A stretch of 40,000 nucleotides of DNA, from contig NZ_AUIK01000001.1 in the NCBI RefSeq assembly GCF_000423665.1, positions 360,669 to 400,668 of the forward strand. The letters are read 5' to 3'. Of the stretch, positions 28,301 through 37,244 are shown piece by piece. Position 1 is the first letter of the stretch. Every line of letters begins with the position of its first letter. Below the pieces are notes generated by a model. It did not search any database. It saw only the letters and a program-made list of their open reading frames with translations, and was not told where the DNA came from. Source of the DNA: Solirubrobacter soli DSM 22325 (GTDB taxonomy: Bacteria; Actinomycetota; Thermoleophilia; Solirubrobacterales; Solirubrobacteraceae). Made by a program: the position numbers and the translations under genes.

Positions 28301-28355
28301 GGTATCCGCGAAATGGTTCCGTGACCGACGTGCGTTGAATCCGTTCCGTCGACAT
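25320..28355 (-). CDS. dpdH: DpdH-like large P-loop NTPase
   Basis: 1011 aa from the ATG at 28355 (TGATG junction); the track ORF extends to 28379. Walker A is 'VPIIGASGSGKSHLVLWL' and the Walker-B-like string is 'RLLLMIEDFTLLQG'. Confidence 0.7.
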   Translation of the reverse strand: MSTERIQRTSVTEPFRGYRCWDSISVQAVLDREAASASPEVLLATHVPPPIRRVRPRLGGFVDQGMVDQSELLDVVQNPPDESLIVPIIGASGSGKSHLVLWLREMLRRQNDPDRRIIYVPKSDTSLSGVIELLLEGRVGGRFDELRESVHRASESMDDRERAIRLRNELALALGQSPPTDAVRDWVAKEMPALLHDAGYLDKVVGDGGAFNRIVVEAVQGGTDAQAEFLPDDVRPDLSLTEVDALGEQAKRFWRQLQNPQVIDAAVALLNHHRDKALSKVFGVAPMELVRVMRDLRQLLLEENPRQRLLLMIEDFTLLQGIQFDLLEAMIEIPRGVGRADIAPMTTVMAVTDGFFAQVLTSSDTLRTRIAAQGHIYSLDAIAGDSDGTRAAFDPSRVRQFVGGYLNAVRVTKADLESAHPLIPNACEVCAHRETCHDAFGTDDDGRGLYPFNAIAVDRAMRSRGREFNARDALAVLNLTLGAHGQDIADGRFPSEQWEREFPVSGQQGTLPTLSLDVDRRARATQKGEQRARLLTFWGGVPETLGNLAPGIHEAFGVPPIDGAVEVEPEVEIPTGAETTSRATKFARDDIGDAVRRWRDGTSSMGETHALVVRRFVGEAILGCLDPEARLLSKAVVDSAFRPDTDVAIERAGHGGSSRPTGRFRAEINADEDGVFLVEGILRAHDPRAPAGERLKRSRWSYPGATDHLAALTHFASTQAALLARHLQQRSLLERPQREHALQALYLSGLVLGLGDARTADGRLTAIFSTKEGTRTHGPEEWQVLVTRLEERRASLRSTVTSYSQVRQGDRGGELGLSTNDVIKLLQQTNSTTGLPESDGDPAYRDVRLLLESRLSPALDTAHDQLFAWHAVVRPALGDPGAWPTTARALAQADADLRADSYPMNLGRVVEEMPAPRDVTAALDNIGSLLASWSAMDSIERARRVGTVPWARLAPIRTYAERFATELSRARERALAAVSDEPASLTPLDELEGSLERLEQRLADLVRNVQR

Positions 28356-29227
28356 CAGCGAATCACTCCTCCGACCCAACGAATCGCATGATATGCCCCG
28401 GCCTCGTCGGCGAAGGTGACCTTTCCCGCGTCCCCCAATCCCTCGTCGAGGGCGATTAGTCCCTCGCGTCGAAGCCGGATCAAGGCGAAACTCAACGATG
28501 AAGAGATGTCGCCGTCTGAGTTCGCGAGATGGCGTTCGGCCAATTGTGCGCGCCAGCTTCCAGTGTCGAGCATTGGTAGGCGTTCGCCGAGGGCCCGCAC
28601 GACGGCCTCAACTGATTGCGGACCTTTGCCGCGAAGAAGTTCCGCCATGACGGGACGTACCGCGATGGACGGGTCGGGGATAAGCGCATTCGCGCCGAAC
28701 GGGAAGGCGAATCCCAAGTACGGCGCCCAGCGCAGAAACTGATTCCATCGAGTGGGGTTCCGGATGACCTTGATTGGGAGTTCGTCCGACTGCTTCTGAC
28801 CAATCGCGTGCGGTCCGTCCCACGACCACGGTGCGTCCTTCACCGACAGGGTCAAGAACCACGTGAGCGACCGAGCCACGTCGATTCCGCCCAGCAAGCC
28901 GACTTCGCCTTCCTCGTCCTCCCAGAAATCACGGCTGCTCGCATCTTCGATGATGGATTGAAGAACAACACGCCGCATCCCGCCTGGCTCAAGACCACCA
29001 GGAACATCGTCGCGGATCGTCAGTGCCTCGTCTCTTTCGACGACGGCTCCGACAGCCCTTAGCTCGTTCAGTGTTGTCACGACCGGGGTTTCGCGCGTGG
29101 CGGGAAGCCCCGGTCGTAGTCGACTGATCAAGGACTCAGCCTTCAATCGCTTTCCCGGCGCTCCGAGCAAGGTCTGATGAATCGCTTCGGCGGCAGCGGG
29201 AAGACGACCGGTTTGGTTGAACGCCAT
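28355..29227 (-). CDS. dpdG: DpdG-like hypothetical protein (290 aa)
   Basis: The ATG at 29227 sits in a TGATG junction. No motif was recognised. The assignment rests on size and position between the RecQ-like helicase and the P-loop ATPase. Confidence 0.5.
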   Translation of the reverse strand: MAFNQTGRLPAAAEAIHQTLLGAPGKRLKAESLISRLRPGLPATRETPVVTTLNELRAVGAVVERDEALTIRDDVPGGLEPGGMRRVVLQSIIEDASSRDFWEDEEGEVGLLGGIDVARSLTWFLTLSVKDAPWSWDGPHAIGQKQSDELPIKVIRNPTRWNQFLRWAPYLGFAFPFGANALIPDPSIAVRPVMAELLRGKGPQSVEAVVRALGERLPMLDTGSWRAQLAERHLANSDGDISSSLSFALIRLRREGLIALDEGLGDAGKVTFADEAGAYHAIRWVGGVIR

Positions 29228-31785
29228 CAGGTCTGCTGAAGGAAGTGCTCGATACGAGCGACGTTGGAGTGGTAGCGCTCGACAAGTTCGCGACCGTGCC
29301 GCGGATCGATCGCCGATTGGTCGACAATGATGACGCGAGGAGGCCCGATTGCGTCGAGCAGGTATGGCTCGGGGTCATTCCGAAGACGCACCACCGCGGT
29401 CGGGAGACTAGGCGCGTTCCACGGCAACCAATCTGGTTCATCGAACACCACACCGTGGGGCGCCAGACGATGGAGGTCGACGAACTCTCCCTTCATGTGC
29501 CCGGAGTCGAGCACCCACAGTCCTCGCGCCGCCAGCGTCCGAATCGCTTGCCTAACGGTGGCGTCATCTCTCGGGTCCGCGAGGAGCACGAGGGGTTCGC
29601 GGACGGTCATGGACGAGAGCCAACTCGCGCGCCATCCGTGATGGTCCCCGCCGATCGTACAGCGAGGCGTCGGGTACTCAAGTTGGCGCGGGGCGCAGCC
29701 AAGCCGGCGGCATCCAGGACAGCCACCGCATGACTGCGCCACGACAATCGGCAACTCGATGTCCATCGACGGAATTGGCCGGTCGATGACGTACGTCGAC
29801 CGAAGCAAGGCGCAGATTCGCGCGTGTCGCTGTAGGGCGCCCCGCATGGCCGCGTGCGCCGCCTCGTCTTCCGAGTGAGCCCGATCCCGAACCGAGACGA
29901 CCGCGGACGCCCACAATTCGTTGTCGTCAGTTGATCGACGAAGGTGGACCACAGCGCTCGCTGTGTGCTCTTCGAAGGCACTGTCTGCACGCGCGGCCCA
30001 GGTATCCTCGTCTTCACCGGACTGTCGTCGTGGTGGTGCCTGAGACTCGAGCGATAACACGCCGGCGCGGTGGAGCAGCAGCAACGTGCGGAGGTTCCAC
30101 GCGCGATTCCTGTCGGAGTCGATCTCGAGGTCTGACGGCATGGCGGTGAGGGGTATTCGCATGCGACCCTCCGGAAGAGGAGTTCGCTCGGCGAGCATCG
30201 CATCCCATCGTTCGCGTCCGCGGTCGATCGAAATGATCTTGCGCCGCGAGAGTTCTCGGGCAACCTGCAGGTCGGTGTTCGAAGCGATCATCATTGCGAC
30301 GGAAGGCTCGCCATCACGCCCGCCGCGACCAACTTCTTGATACCAGCGGTCGAGTGTCTCGGGCACGCACGCGTGCACTACCGACCTCACATCGGGTTGA
30401 TCCACGCCGAGTCCGAACGCGGACGTGGCGATGACTAGGTCCAACGATTGGTCCCGCAACCGATCGATCGCCGCCCGTCGCTCGGCGGCGGAACTCCGGC
30501 CCGTGACGACGTGGGACCGCCGCCAGCCGAGTTCGAACAGGTCCCGCTGAAGCTCACGGGCATCAACGACCTTGGTCGTATATACGATCGCTGGACGAGG
30601 TAGGTGCCGCAGCGCGTCAATGACGCGTCGCCGCCGCTGGTCAGAGTCGCCGACCAGGCTGACCCAGTAGCTGGGCTCGTGTCGGAGCGCGGCCGAGGAG
30701 ACGACGGTGGTCGGTCCTGGGTTCCCGAAAAGCACACCGAGGACGTCGAGACTGTCCTGCGTGATCGTGGCGCTCAGGAGAACGGTCTGAAACGGCTGCC
30801 GACCATTGGCTCGGCACACCGCGAGCAAGTCCTCCCGCAACCCTGCTATGGCCTGAAACGCCGGGCGGAATTCCGCGCCCCACTGAGCCACGACGTGAGC
30901 CTCGTCGACGACGAACGCATTCAAGAGTCCTCGCTCCGCCGCGAGATACAGCGCAGAACTCAAGCCTGATGCGACTGCCTCAGGGCTCACGAACACGATG
31001 CCCTGGGAACCGTCGGCTACGCCGGAACGGATGTCGCGCTTGGCCTCGTCAGTCAACTCTGCGTGATAAGCGAGCTCGAGAGGAAACGCTCGCGCGTCAG
31101 TCCGGTTCGCAACCAAGTCCGCAAACGCACGGGACTGGTCGAGGGCGAGTGAGGTAGTTGGAATTACGAAGACCGTGGTGCCTCGAGCCTTCGTCAACGC
31201 CTGCATGTAGCCGACCGTGCTCTTGCCGGACCCCGTGGGTAAGTTCGCGACAAGAGTTGCTCCGGGGACGGCAGATGCAGCCCACCGGATCGCAGCCCGC
31301 TGCCCGAGTGAACGGTAGCTGCGCCTTCCAGTGGCTTCTCTGAAGAACCCGTCAGCTCGTAGATTCTCCGACTCGCGATGCGTGTGCTCATTGCTACCGC
31401 GGAATGCAGCCGCGGCAGGATCCTGTTGGCCGTCAAGCCAGTCGGGACGCCAGGGGTTCGCCTGCACACGTAGGCGCTCTGCGTCAGTACCCACGACGTC
31501 AAATCCGAACAGCCTCCATTCAGCGGCGGTCGGCCAAGGCTGGGCAATCGGAGTGGCCAGGTTGAACAGGGTCTGTGTCATCTCGGTCTCCGCCCGAGCG
31601 ACGTGTCTCAATAGAACGGCGAGGTCCGCGGCGCCCACGGAAGCCGTATCGCCGGCAGCCGCCCGCATCGCCAGCAGGAGCCGCCGAGCACTCGCAGAGA
31701 GAGTCGCTGGCAAGGGCGAATCTTCAGGCCATCTTGCCAGCGCGTTACGGACTGAGGCGAGATCGCCTGGGTTCAACCCGGGCAT
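29227..31785 (-). CDS. dpdF: DpdF-like RecQ-type DEAH helicase
   Basis: 852 aa from the ATG at 31785 (TGATG junction); the track ORF extends to 31824. Motif I is 'NLPTGSGKST'. The RecQ signature is 'FVVDEAHVVAQWGAEFRPAF'. 'LLSATIT', 'ATSAFGLGVDQPDVRSVVH' and 'YQEVGRGGRDG' are present, with the C-terminal Cys cluster 'SCGGCPGCRRLGC'. Confidence 0.8.
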   Translation of the reverse strand: MPGLNPGDLASVRNALARWPEDSPLPATLSASARRLLLAMRAAAGDTASVGAADLAVLLRHVARAETEMTQTLFNLATPIAQPWPTAAEWRLFGFDVVGTDAERLRVQANPWRPDWLDGQQDPAAAAFRGSNEHTHRESENLRADGFFREATGRRSYRSLGQRAAIRWAASAVPGATLVANLPTGSGKSTVGYMQALTKARGTTVFVIPTTSLALDQSRAFADLVANRTDARAFPLELAYHAELTDEAKRDIRSGVADGSQGIVFVSPEAVASGLSSALYLAAERGLLNAFVVDEAHVVAQWGAEFRPAFQAIAGLREDLLAVCRANGRQPFQTVLLSATITQDSLDVLGVLFGNPGPTTVVSSAALRHEPSYWVSLVGDSDQRRRRVIDALRHLPRPAIVYTTKVVDARELQRDLFELGWRRSHVVTGRSSAAERRAAIDRLRDQSLDLVIATSAFGLGVDQPDVRSVVHACVPETLDRWYQEVGRGGRDGEPSVAMMIASNTDLQVARELSRRKIISIDRGRERWDAMLAERTPLPEGRMRIPLTAMPSDLEIDSDRNRAWNLRTLLLLHRAGVLSLESQAPPRRQSGEDEDTWAARADSAFEEHTASAVVHLRRSTDDNELWASAVVSVRDRAHSEDEAAHAAMRGALQRHARICALLRSTYVIDRPIPSMDIELPIVVAQSCGGCPGCRRLGCAPRQLEYPTPRCTIGGDHHGWRASWLSSMTVREPLVLLADPRDDATVRQAIRTLAARGLWVLDSGHMKGEFVDLHRLAPHGVVFDEPDWLPWNAPSLPTAVVRLRNDPEPYLLDAIGPPRVIIVDQSAIDPRHGRELVERYHSNVARIEHFLQQT

Positions 31786-34700
31786 CAGTCGTCTTCGACT
31801 ATGAGTAGCGCCACGCTGCTCCATCTCGCAACCGGCGCTCGCAGAGCGGCGAGTAGGGCATCGTCGACCCGTGCTGCCACGTCTGCCGCACGACCCGCCG
31901 CTTCCTCGCCGCGACGATGTCGCAGCCGCAGACGTGCGACTCGTTCGCCCCAGGCAATCCTTGCCTGCGCCGTCGCGGACTCGATGTCGCCGCTGGCGTG
32001 GCTCCGCTCCACGGCGACATTCGGCGCACGTCTCCGAACCGTGGCGAAGTACTCATTCGCGGTCGTTGCGCCCAGGAGAGCGCCGAGGTCGCGAGTGCTC
32101 TCAGACGTCCACTCGCTGGTCGCTTCTGGATCGGCGAGTTGTCTCTCCAGTACCTCGATCCATTCTCGGTCTGTGATCACTTCCGCGTTCTCGTCGAACC
32201 ACAGCGTTAGGGCTTGAGGCGGCAGGAACGCGTCGACGCGGCGCTGCAATGCCGCAACGGCAAGAGCCGCGTCGGCATCGGTCCGGACCTCTCCGCGATT
32301 CGGGCGTTCGCGTTCGGCATGCTGCCACGCGTCGAGAGCATCGGTCGGATCCGCGGCGACCACAAAATCCGCGCGCACCGCTGCGGTCGCGGTTGTGCCT
32401 CTCATACGCGCAACAAAAAGTTGGCAAGACTCGTCCCAGTCGGCCTGCTCTCGCAGCAGTTCCACGATCGGGTCCCCCGGCAACATCAGCGCCGCGTCCT
32501 GCCCATCAACCGCACGCACACGTGACGAAGTCCACGTCCCTCCGCCTGGCCTACAAAGAGCGCGGAAGTCTGCCGTAGCGCTCGTGGTCCGGCCGACGGT
32601 CACACCGACCGTGATCCCGTCGCCGAGTCCGAGCTTCAGGTCGAGCGCCGGCCCCACCACCTCGCTTAGCTCGCACGAGGCGTCCAGCAGAGAGGTCGCA
32701 TGTGACGTCTCAGCGTCGATGACTCGATCGATGAAGTCGTCACTGCGAAGGTCCGTCTGGGCCAGCAGATCGAACTCGTCGAGTCGGTCGATCCGGCGCT
32801 GTTCCTCCTCGACCTTAAGGCGCAACGCACCTACGGCGTCTTCAGCCCCGCCATTCGGAAGACCATCGAGGAACCACGCCCTGCGTTGCTCCATCTCCAC
32901 GGCCTCGATCGCAAACATCGTCGAGGACGTCGAAGCCCGAAAGACGCCAAACACGTCGCTCAGGAGCGCCAGCCACGCTTCCGCGAATCCTTCGTTCGAC
33001 CACATGAACACTCGACACTGAACAGGCCCCGCAACGCCGCCGTGCCGATCCGCGCGCCCGATGCGCTGCTCCACGCGACTCGTCGCTCGTGGGAGGTCCG
33101 CGTGGACGACCGTAGTGGCATTCTGCAGATTCAGTCCCTCCTCCGCTGAGGCATCGCACACGAGCGTCGCGATGATGCCGTCCCGGAAGGCAGTCAGCAC
33201 CCCCCGGCGTTCGTCTCGGTTCAGATCAGCAGTGAGCGCTTCGACGCCTCCAGGGGACAAGACCATCAGCTCGTCGCACAGGAGTTGGGCGGTCGACGCC
33301 GCGGAAGTAAAAACGACTGTCGGCCCGTCACACGCGCTGGCAACTGCGCGAGCGAGTACGCGAATCTCGGCGGCCTCGTCGGGATTGCCCTCGAAGTCGC
33401 GTTCGGGCTCGAGAAGTCGGATCACTTCGTCCAAAGCCTCTCGGATCTCCGGTGTCGTTTCGACCGCTTTCAAGGCGCCGCGGGCCGCGAGATCGATGCC
33501 TGACCGCGCGAGATGCTGGCGCCGAAGAGTCGTCTTATAGAGCGCTGCGTGACGGAGGCACTGCAAATCGCCGGTCGACGCCTGCACGAAGCACCAGAAC
33601 GCCTCGGCGTAGATGCTGATCCATTCCTCGCCGCGGTCATTTGCCGCACTCACGAGAGCCGCCCGCAAGTTCTCAAGCCATCGTTCGACTTGAGGGCGCC
33701 TCGGGTCCGCCTCAAAGACTGCCGGCGCGAGAGATCGGCCCCGAACGTCGTACAGCTTTCCAGCGATGCCAGCCCGTCGGTTGCGGATGAGGCGCGCATG
33801 AATGCGATACGAGTCCGTCAGGTGCCCACGGACCTCGGCAAGGCCGAGTTCGCGGGATCCATTCTCCGCACCGACATCGATCACTGAAATCAAGGCACCC
33901 AATTCCCGATCCTCAGGGAAGTTCTCTCGGATGTCGCTGAGCGCTCCATCGAGGAGAAACGGTGGTGTATCTGGACCGATCGAAAGGAAAAGTCGCCCGA
34001 TTTCTTCACGCCGGCGAACCTTCGCTTCGAAAGCTTCAAAGTCGTCGAGACGAAACGTGTCGGGATCGAGAAGGTGGAGCATCGCGAGCAGATCCCTCTC
34101 GCGATTCAAAACCGGCGTAGCGCTGAGGAGCAACACCCGTGCTGCTTCGTCGGTCAACTTCTGGGCAAGCGCGTACCGCTCGGCTTCCTCTTTGACCCGA
34201 GAACCCCAGCCGGCAGCGATCCTGTGGGCCTCGTCGATCACGACGAGGTCCGGGACCTGCAAACGCTTCCAGGACCGGTCGTCCTCGTGGGCGGCGACCT
34301 CGATCCCACCTTGTCGGAACCAATGGAGCCCGAGTCGATCCTCGAGTTCATCTTGCCATTGAGGAACCAGTTGCGATGGAACCAAGACGACAACCGTCGA
34401 ACGCGGAGCGTCAATCAATCGCTGGCGAATGAGAAGCCCCGCCTCGATCGTCTTGCCGAGGCCGACCTCGTCGGCAAGCAGGTAGCGCTGCACAGGGTCG
34501 TCCAGTACTCGGCGCACAACGTCGAGCTGGTGCGGGAACAAAGACACCGGCGCCGAGAGCACGCCCGACAAACCGCGCTGCGCGGCTTTCAGCTTGTAGT
34601 AGCCGGCTAGGAATGCCCGCCGCTTCTCGGTCGCGTCGCGGTCACCGGCGAACCCGGCCGACAACAGCGCAAGCGGATCTCGCACGGGACCAAAGTCACG

Positions 34701-35558
34701 CACCCGCACGGCGTCTTTCTCGACGCGTCGGATCGCGCGGCCGGGTCCGACCGTGACGTGCGAATCCGACGCGCTATTTACCGCGCCGCGCGACCAGCCT
34801 TCTCCGACGTCCTCCCACCACACGATGTCGCCGCGAACAAGCGCGTGAGAGCTCGCCGTCTTCGACGGGATCCGCACAACTTCGACGTCATTCCCTGGTC
34901 CGCGGAAGACCTCCACGTCGTAGGACTGGCCCACGGTTTCTTTGATGCGCCCCACATGGGAGGCCGGCGTATGAAATACGACATCCTGTTTCGCGTCGTA
35001 TCGCGGCATTGCAGCACTAGCGTCTGTACCTTGCGCACGCCCTCCGCACGCGCGGCACCGCTTCCAAAAGTCGCCCTCGTCGCCGCGGTTGCGCCGCAAC
35101 CACCGGACGGCGTCGCGTTCGTCTGACGCGTAGCGCAGGCTGACGTACTGGCCCACGGCCCCCAACCACTTGCACCCGGAGGCGTGCAAGACACTGGTTC
35201 GCTCGGTGTCTCGCGCGTAGTGGTCAACCAGAACGACTCCTCCCTGGGCGCGAATCGCGCTCAGATCCTGTCGCCGGAACTGTCGGAAGGTGCTGTCGTC
35301 AACCAAAGCGGGCATAGCTCTCAACTCGTCCTGCGCGCCGCGGTTCACGGCTCGCGGCACCACATCATCATGCCTGAGTGATCGGACTGTCCAACCCGGA
35401 CCTCCATCCCACAAACGTGCGATTAGTCTCTCGACAGAAACAAGCGCGGCAACCCAACGTTCGTCCAGTCTCCAGCAGCCAGCTGTGGGAAATCTGTTCA
35501 TAGCGATATCGCATGCGGACCAACGCTTTGTCGTTCGTATCCCTACGGTGCGCAGCAA
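31785..35558 (-). CDS. dpdE: DpdE-like SNF2/RapA-type helicase, first gene of the restriction operon
   Basis: 1257 aa from the TTG at 35558, or 1238 aa from the ATG at 35501. The strings 'LFPHQLDVVRRVL', 'LLADEVGLGKTIEAG', 'LVVIDEAHRIA', 'LLLSATPVLN' and 'GLNLQNATTVVHADLPRATSRVEQRIGRADRHG' are present. The region before the ATPase core looks Tudor/SH3-like. Confidence 0.8.
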   Translation of the reverse strand: MLRTVGIRTTKRWSACDIAMNRFPTAGCWRLDERWVAALVSVERLIARLWDGGPGWTVRSLRHDDVVPRAVNRGAQDELRAMPALVDDSTFRQFRRQDLSAIRAQGGVVLVDHYARDTERTSVLHASGCKWLGAVGQYVSLRYASDERDAVRWLRRNRGDEGDFWKRCRACGGRAQGTDASAAMPRYDAKQDVVFHTPASHVGRIKETVGQSYDVEVFRGPGNDVEVVRIPSKTASSHALVRGDIVWWEDVGEGWSRGAVNSASDSHVTVGPGRAIRRVEKDAVRVRDFGPVRDPLALLSAGFAGDRDATEKRRAFLAGYYKLKAAQRGLSGVLSAPVSLFPHQLDVVRRVLDDPVQRYLLADEVGLGKTIEAGLLIRQRLIDAPRSTVVVLVPSQLVPQWQDELEDRLGLHWFRQGGIEVAAHEDDRSWKRLQVPDLVVIDEAHRIAAGWGSRVKEEAERYALAQKLTDEAARVLLLSATPVLNRERDLLAMLHLLDPDTFRLDDFEAFEAKVRRREEIGRLFLSIGPDTPPFLLDGALSDIRENFPEDRELGALISVIDVGAENGSRELGLAEVRGHLTDSYRIHARLIRNRRAGIAGKLYDVRGRSLAPAVFEADPRRPQVERWLENLRAALVSAANDRGEEWISIYAEAFWCFVQASTGDLQCLRHAALYKTTLRRQHLARSGIDLAARGALKAVETTPEIREALDEVIRLLEPERDFEGNPDEAAEIRVLARAVASACDGPTVVFTSAASTAQLLCDELMVLSPGGVEALTADLNRDERRGVLTAFRDGIIATLVCDASAEEGLNLQNATTVVHADLPRATSRVEQRIGRADRHGGVAGPVQCRVFMWSNEGFAEAWLALLSDVFGVFRASTSSTMFAIEAVEMEQRRAWFLDGLPNGGAEDAVGALRLKVEEEQRRIDRLDEFDLLAQTDLRSDDFIDRVIDAETSHATSLLDASCELSEVVGPALDLKLGLGDGITVGVTVGRTTSATADFRALCRPGGGTWTSSRVRAVDGQDAALMLPGDPIVELLREQADWDESCQLFVARMRGTTATAAVRADFVVAADPTDALDAWQHAERERPNRGEVRTDADAALAVAALQRRVDAFLPPQALTLWFDENAEVITDREWIEVLERQLADPEATSEWTSESTRDLGALLGATTANEYFATVRRRAPNVAVERSHASGDIESATAQARIAWGERVARLRLRHRRGEEAAGRAADVAARVDDALLAALRAPVARWSSVALLIVEDD

Positions 35559-35819
35559 CCGTGCCCGACACCTCGCCGGGCAGGCGTCGGTCGACTAGCA
35601 CCAGTCCTCGTGGCCCGCGACGAACCTAGCGAGCCCAATCCGGTGCTGTATCGCGACTCCGGGCCATCAACTCACCGCCGGTGTCCGCGGCGTGACCATC
35701 GACACGATCGGTGCTGTCGCTGTCGATCCGATCGCCAGCTTAGGGCTCGAGCCGCGCGACCGAGAGAGTCGCCGCGGGGCACGACGCGTTGCGTCGCGCG
35801 TGCTGCCAACCTTGACGCG
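35559..35819. promoter_or_regulatory. divergent intergenic control region between dpdE-like and the DGQHR-HNH operon
   Basis: This is the only sizeable non-coding gap inside the island (261 bp, or 318 bp if dpdE starts at 35501). Short inverted repeats are CGATCGG (35705-35711) with CCGATCG (35728-35734), and CGACGC-GTT-GCGTCG (35782-35796). No convincing -35/-10 boxes were identified by eye. Confidence 0.35.
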
Positions 35820-37244
35820 ATGAGCGACACGACCCAACCGCGTACGTACAAGTACACGGCGTTGCGCGTAGAGCAGCAACCCGGATCCCCGTTGATGTAC
35901 GTCTTGGCAGTTAGCGCCGCACAACTTCTGGAATGGGCCGATGTGCCTAACGCCAAAGCCGACTACATGGCGGGATACCAGCGGGTATACAACGCGGATC
36001 GCGCGCGGTCCATTGCGGAGTTCCTCGAGACCGACCCGAACAACGTTATCCCGGGCGCAATTATTGTCACAGTCGACGCCGACAGCGTCTCGACCCACAG
36101 CAGCGCGGTCCCTGGGGTCGATGACATTGCAATCAATGTCACCGACCGAGCGTTCGAAGATCTTCTCTCTGGGGTCTACGAGACGTTCCTAGCACGCTTG
36201 TCCGACGCGGAGAAGGCCAGTGCTGCCCGTCCTAGCGCGGAATCGGCGGAGGCCGAGGAGTCGGAAGATGAGTCGCCCGAGAACTCTGGAATTCCGGAGT
36301 CGTATCTCGCCACGTTGACAGCAGAACTTCGTGAGGCCCAGGACAACTACAAGTCACTGCCGCCAGAACGCCAGGCAGCGATCCGCAACTACGTCCAGAC
36401 GATGTCTAAACCCGGCCTGATCATCGATGGTCAGCATCGGGTATTTGGAGGGAAGGACGTCGCGAGTCACGACGTGATGCTTCCGGTCGTTCTCTTGCCT
36501 GGATTGCCCGTCGCGGAACAGGTGTTTCACTTTTACGTTCTCAACAATAAGGCAAAGCCGCTTACTCCGACCGAACTTCGGCGGACGATTAGCACATCCC
36601 TTACAAATCAGGAGATCGATGGCCTCTGGGACAGGTTCGAAACCGCCGGAGTCAATCCCGAGGCGACCCGTTGGACGCACAAGATGGACGCTGACCCGTC
36701 CTCGCCGTTTCTCCATCTCCTCGACTTCGGACTCGGCGCGTCGGGATTCCTCAGAGAGAATGTCGCTTTCCAGTTGGTTTCGAAGTTCGTCAACATGCCA
36801 CGGAAATACAGACTGCTTTACAAGGACGTACCTGCCTGGCAGAACCAAAGTGACGAGCGACTTGCCTACTTCTTCACCTTCTGGTCCGCAGTACGCGACC
36901 GCTATCAGTCCACCTGGGATGAGGGCGTCAGAGCCGGCGGAAACCAGTTGTTCATGAAAGCTGGAATGCTCGTACTCCAAGAACTTGTCCTGGACTTCCT
37001 GGTACAGGTGATGACAGTACGTCAGATCGAGGGCAAGCCTTCCCCGTTCGCCGATCGCGACGACCTGGCTGACCTGGTTGTAGCTTCCCTGAAGTACCTA
37101 CCGTCGGAATTCTTCTCGCGCGAGTGGCAAGAGAAGCAACTGGACACAAGTGAGCGCCGAGCATTCTTGCGAGCGCAAATGGAGATAACGATCCGCAACC
37201 AGGGCAAGAACATCGGGAACCAGCAACTGTTCAAGAAGAAGTGA
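35820..37244 (+). CDS. second DGQHR-domain (DndB/DpdB-family, ParB-like) protein
   Basis: 474 aa from the ATG at 35820, in frame with the 35610 ORF. The strings 'YMAGYQRVYNADRARSIAEFL', 'PGLIIDGQHRVFGG' and 'FHFYVLNNKAKPLTPTELRR' are present. An acidic insertion 'SAESAEAEESEDESPENSG' lies between the N-terminal part and the DGQHR motif. Confidence 0.8.
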   Translation: MSDTTQPRTYKYTALRVEQQPGSPLMYVLAVSAAQLLEWADVPNAKADYMAGYQRVYNADRARSIAEFLETDPNNVIPGAIIVTVDADSVSTHSSAVPGVDDIAINVTDRAFEDLLSGVYETFLARLSDAEKASAARPSAESAEAEESEDESPENSGIPESYLATLTAELREAQDNYKSLPPERQAAIRNYVQTMSKPGLIIDGQHRVFGGKDVASHDVMLPVVLLPGLPVAEQVFHFYVLNNKAKPLTPTELRRTISTSLTNQEIDGLWDRFETAGVNPEATRWTHKMDADPSSPFLHLLDFGLGASGFLRENVAFQLVSKFVNMPRKYRLLYKDVPAWQNQSDERLAYFFTFWSAVRDRYQSTWDEGVRAGGNQLFMKAGMLVLQELVLDFLVQVMTVRQIEGKPSPFADRDDLADLVVASLKYLPSEFFSREWQEKQLDTSERRAFLRAQMEITIRNQGKNIGNQQLFKKK

